Shown: positions 61,870-64,000 of the stretch, one piece after another
Position numbering within the stretch: position 1 is the stretch's first letter
Layout: each line of letters begins with the position of its first letter
DNA from: Nemertoderma westbladi
Taxonomy: Eukaryota; Animalia; Xenacoelomorpha
NCBI GenBank assembly: GCA_032718475.1
Contig: JAUCBJ010003467.1
Coordinates: 62,325 to 126,324, forward strand
Reading direction: 5' to 3'
Length of the DNA: 64,000 nucleotides
Position numbers and translations under genes: made by a program
The notes under the pieces: generated by a model
What the model saw: only the letters and a program-made list of their open reading frames with translations
Database searches by the model: none
Told to the model about the DNA's origin: nothing

Positions 61870-62310
61870 CTATGAACTTCAGTCCGGTTTTCGTAAATCA
61901 TACTGTATTCTACAGACACCTGCCTTATTAACCTTATTACCTTATTGCCTTATTACTGATACAATTAGATGTAATAACGCAAAGGGTTTATATACTGGTA
62001 TGGTAATGTTGGACCTACAAAAGGCTTTCGATACTGTAGATCATGAAATTCTGCTTGGTAAGTTAGGCCTGATGGGTGTAGGTTCTATAGACTGCCTGGT
62101 TCAAGTCCTACCTGTCAGACAGAGGTCAAACTGTAGTCATTAGCAAATCGCAATCTACTGTACAAGAGATTACCTGTGGTGTACCGCAAGGTAGTTAGTA
62201 TATTAGGTCCTCTGCTTTTTGTATGCTATGTAAATGATATGATAAGTAGTATAGATCCCGATTTTAAACTCATTTTATATGCCGACGACAGTGCTCTTAT
62301 TTTCTCTCAA
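61870..62310 (+). mobile_element. Decayed CR1/L2-type LINE RT fragment
   Basis: LQSGFR, LDLQKAFDTVDH, GVPQG.ILGPLLF, LYADDS with frameshifts. Confidence 0.75.
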
Positions 62311-63296
62311 AGATCCGGGATCCGGTTACATCGCGTTTCGGCAACTGTCGCGTTTCGGCAACAGTCGCGATTCGGCAAAAAAGTTGCGTTTCGGCAAAAA
62401 GTTGCGTTTCGGCAACAGCCGCGGTTCGGCAAAAAAGTTGCGTTTCGGCAAAAGATAAATTCCCTACTGTTAGATCGGGGTTGAATTCAATAATTAAAAT
62501 TGTGGTTGTCTTTTTTATGTCAATTATGCAAGGTTAGCACGCTGCAAACAATTTAACGTTAATAATGCATTAATATACGTTATTTTCTGACAATACCAAC
62601 GTTAATTATTAACGTAAAAATTAAATATAAATAACGTTAGTTAGGCCGCCCTTTTAACATTAAAAAATAACGCAAATTTACGTTAATTTTAAACGGTAGG
62701 TATTTGGATCGTCAAAATATATTGTATGTTTAACGTTAAAAAATTAGAAACAACTGACAGTGATAAAAACATCACTTACATACTTAGAATGTGTTCTATC
62801 ATATCTGACAAGTTTCAGTTTGCGGAATGGGGAAATTATTTTTTCTATTTTAATTAATCTTATTTGATTGATTAATATATTTTTTCGTAATTTAATTCAC
62901 CTTTCTAAGCAGTTTACAACAATTTATGTAAATAAATATATATTTCATTGTCATTCGTTTTTTAATAAATGTTTATAATAAGAATAAAGTAACTGTACGC
63001 GTGGTGCACCCCTAGTTACCGTTACATGTAGTAAAAAATAAACAATGAATTACCTTTTATCTTTATTTATACGCAACTCAATATCGGTATTATTATAAGT
63101 AAAATATTATAAGATAGGACTTTTCCTTTATTGTTCACATAAATAAAAAAATTATATTTGACCATAGATACATAGGCCAATTGTAAGGTTCAATTATCAT
63201 TTTCAGACCCAAAGGGCGCGTGGTCTACGAATGGGACGCTCTGATTGGCCGAAACTGAAACTCAATAAATCTCGACTAGAATTAAACGAAACTCGT

Positions 63297-64000
63297 CCAT
63301 ACTCGCTAAGAACATTCCATACTCGCTAAGAACATCCCATACTCGCTAAGAACATTCCATACTCGCTAAGAACATCCCATACTCGCTAAGAACATCCCAT
63401 ACTCGCTAAGAACATCCCATACTCGCTAAGAACATTCCATACTCGCTAAGAACATCCCATACTCGCTAAGAACATTCCATACTCGCTAAGAACATCCCAT
63501 ACTCGCTAAGAACATCCCATACTCGCTAAGAACATTCCATACTCGCTAAGAACATCCCATACTCGCTAAGAACATCCCATACTCGCTAAGAACATTCCAT
63601 ACTCGCTAAGAACATCCCATACTCGCTAAGAACATTCCATACTCGCTAAGAACATCCCATACTCGCTAAGAACATTCCATACTCGCTAAGAACATCCCAT
63701 ACTCGCTAAGAACATTCCATACTCGCTAAGAACATCCCATACTCGCTAAGAACATTCCATACTCGCTAAGAACATCCCATACTCGCTAAGAACATCCCAT
63801 ACTCGCTAAGAACATCCCATACTCGCTAAGAACATCCCATACTCGCTAAGAACATCCCATACTCGCTAAGAACATCCCATACTCGCTAAGAACATCCCAT
63901 ACTCGCTAAGAACATCCCATACTCGCTAAGAACATCCCATACTCGCTAAGAACATTCCATACTCGCTAAGAACATCCCATACTCGCTAAGAACATTCCAT
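63297..64000. repeat. Homogeneous 20-bp satellite running off the window end (35 copies visible)
   Basis: actcgctaagaacat(t/c)ccat repeated with a single variable site. Confidence 0.97.

Overview
AT-rich, transposon-dense eukaryotic DNA, most likely an invertebrate animal. It carries three single-exon host genes: a centromeric-H3 (CENP-A)-like histone with eleven 10-aa repeats in its N-tail (7427-8362), Derlin-2/3 (53163-53891) and mitochondrial PGS1 (57573-59000). Two putative exons of a + strand gene (10989-11100, 31854-32066) are separated by a ~20.7 kb TE-filled intron. The largest element is a 16.3 kb BEL/Pao LTR retroelement on the - strand (11160-27435) with 1161-bp LTRs and an ATTTG target-site duplication. 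It has lost RT and integrase by an in-frame deletion, carries extra unidentified ORFs and has a 3.3 kb internal tandem duplication. It has no tRNA primer-binding site. Instead, the 11 nt abutting the 5' LTR are perfectly complementary to an 11-mer inside the LTR, the signature of Tf1-type self-priming, which I know only from Gypsy/chromovirus elements. This is the best candidate for an undescribed system. Also present: an intact hAT(m)-like DDE transposon with ~300-bp TIRs, a decayed CsRn1-like Gypsy element, an L2/CR1 LINE flanked by a 126-bp direct repeat, RTE-like LINE fragments, MITEs, tRNA-derived SINE heads and many minisatellites, some apparently born from TE sequence. All calls come from reading the sequence by eye; no searches were run.
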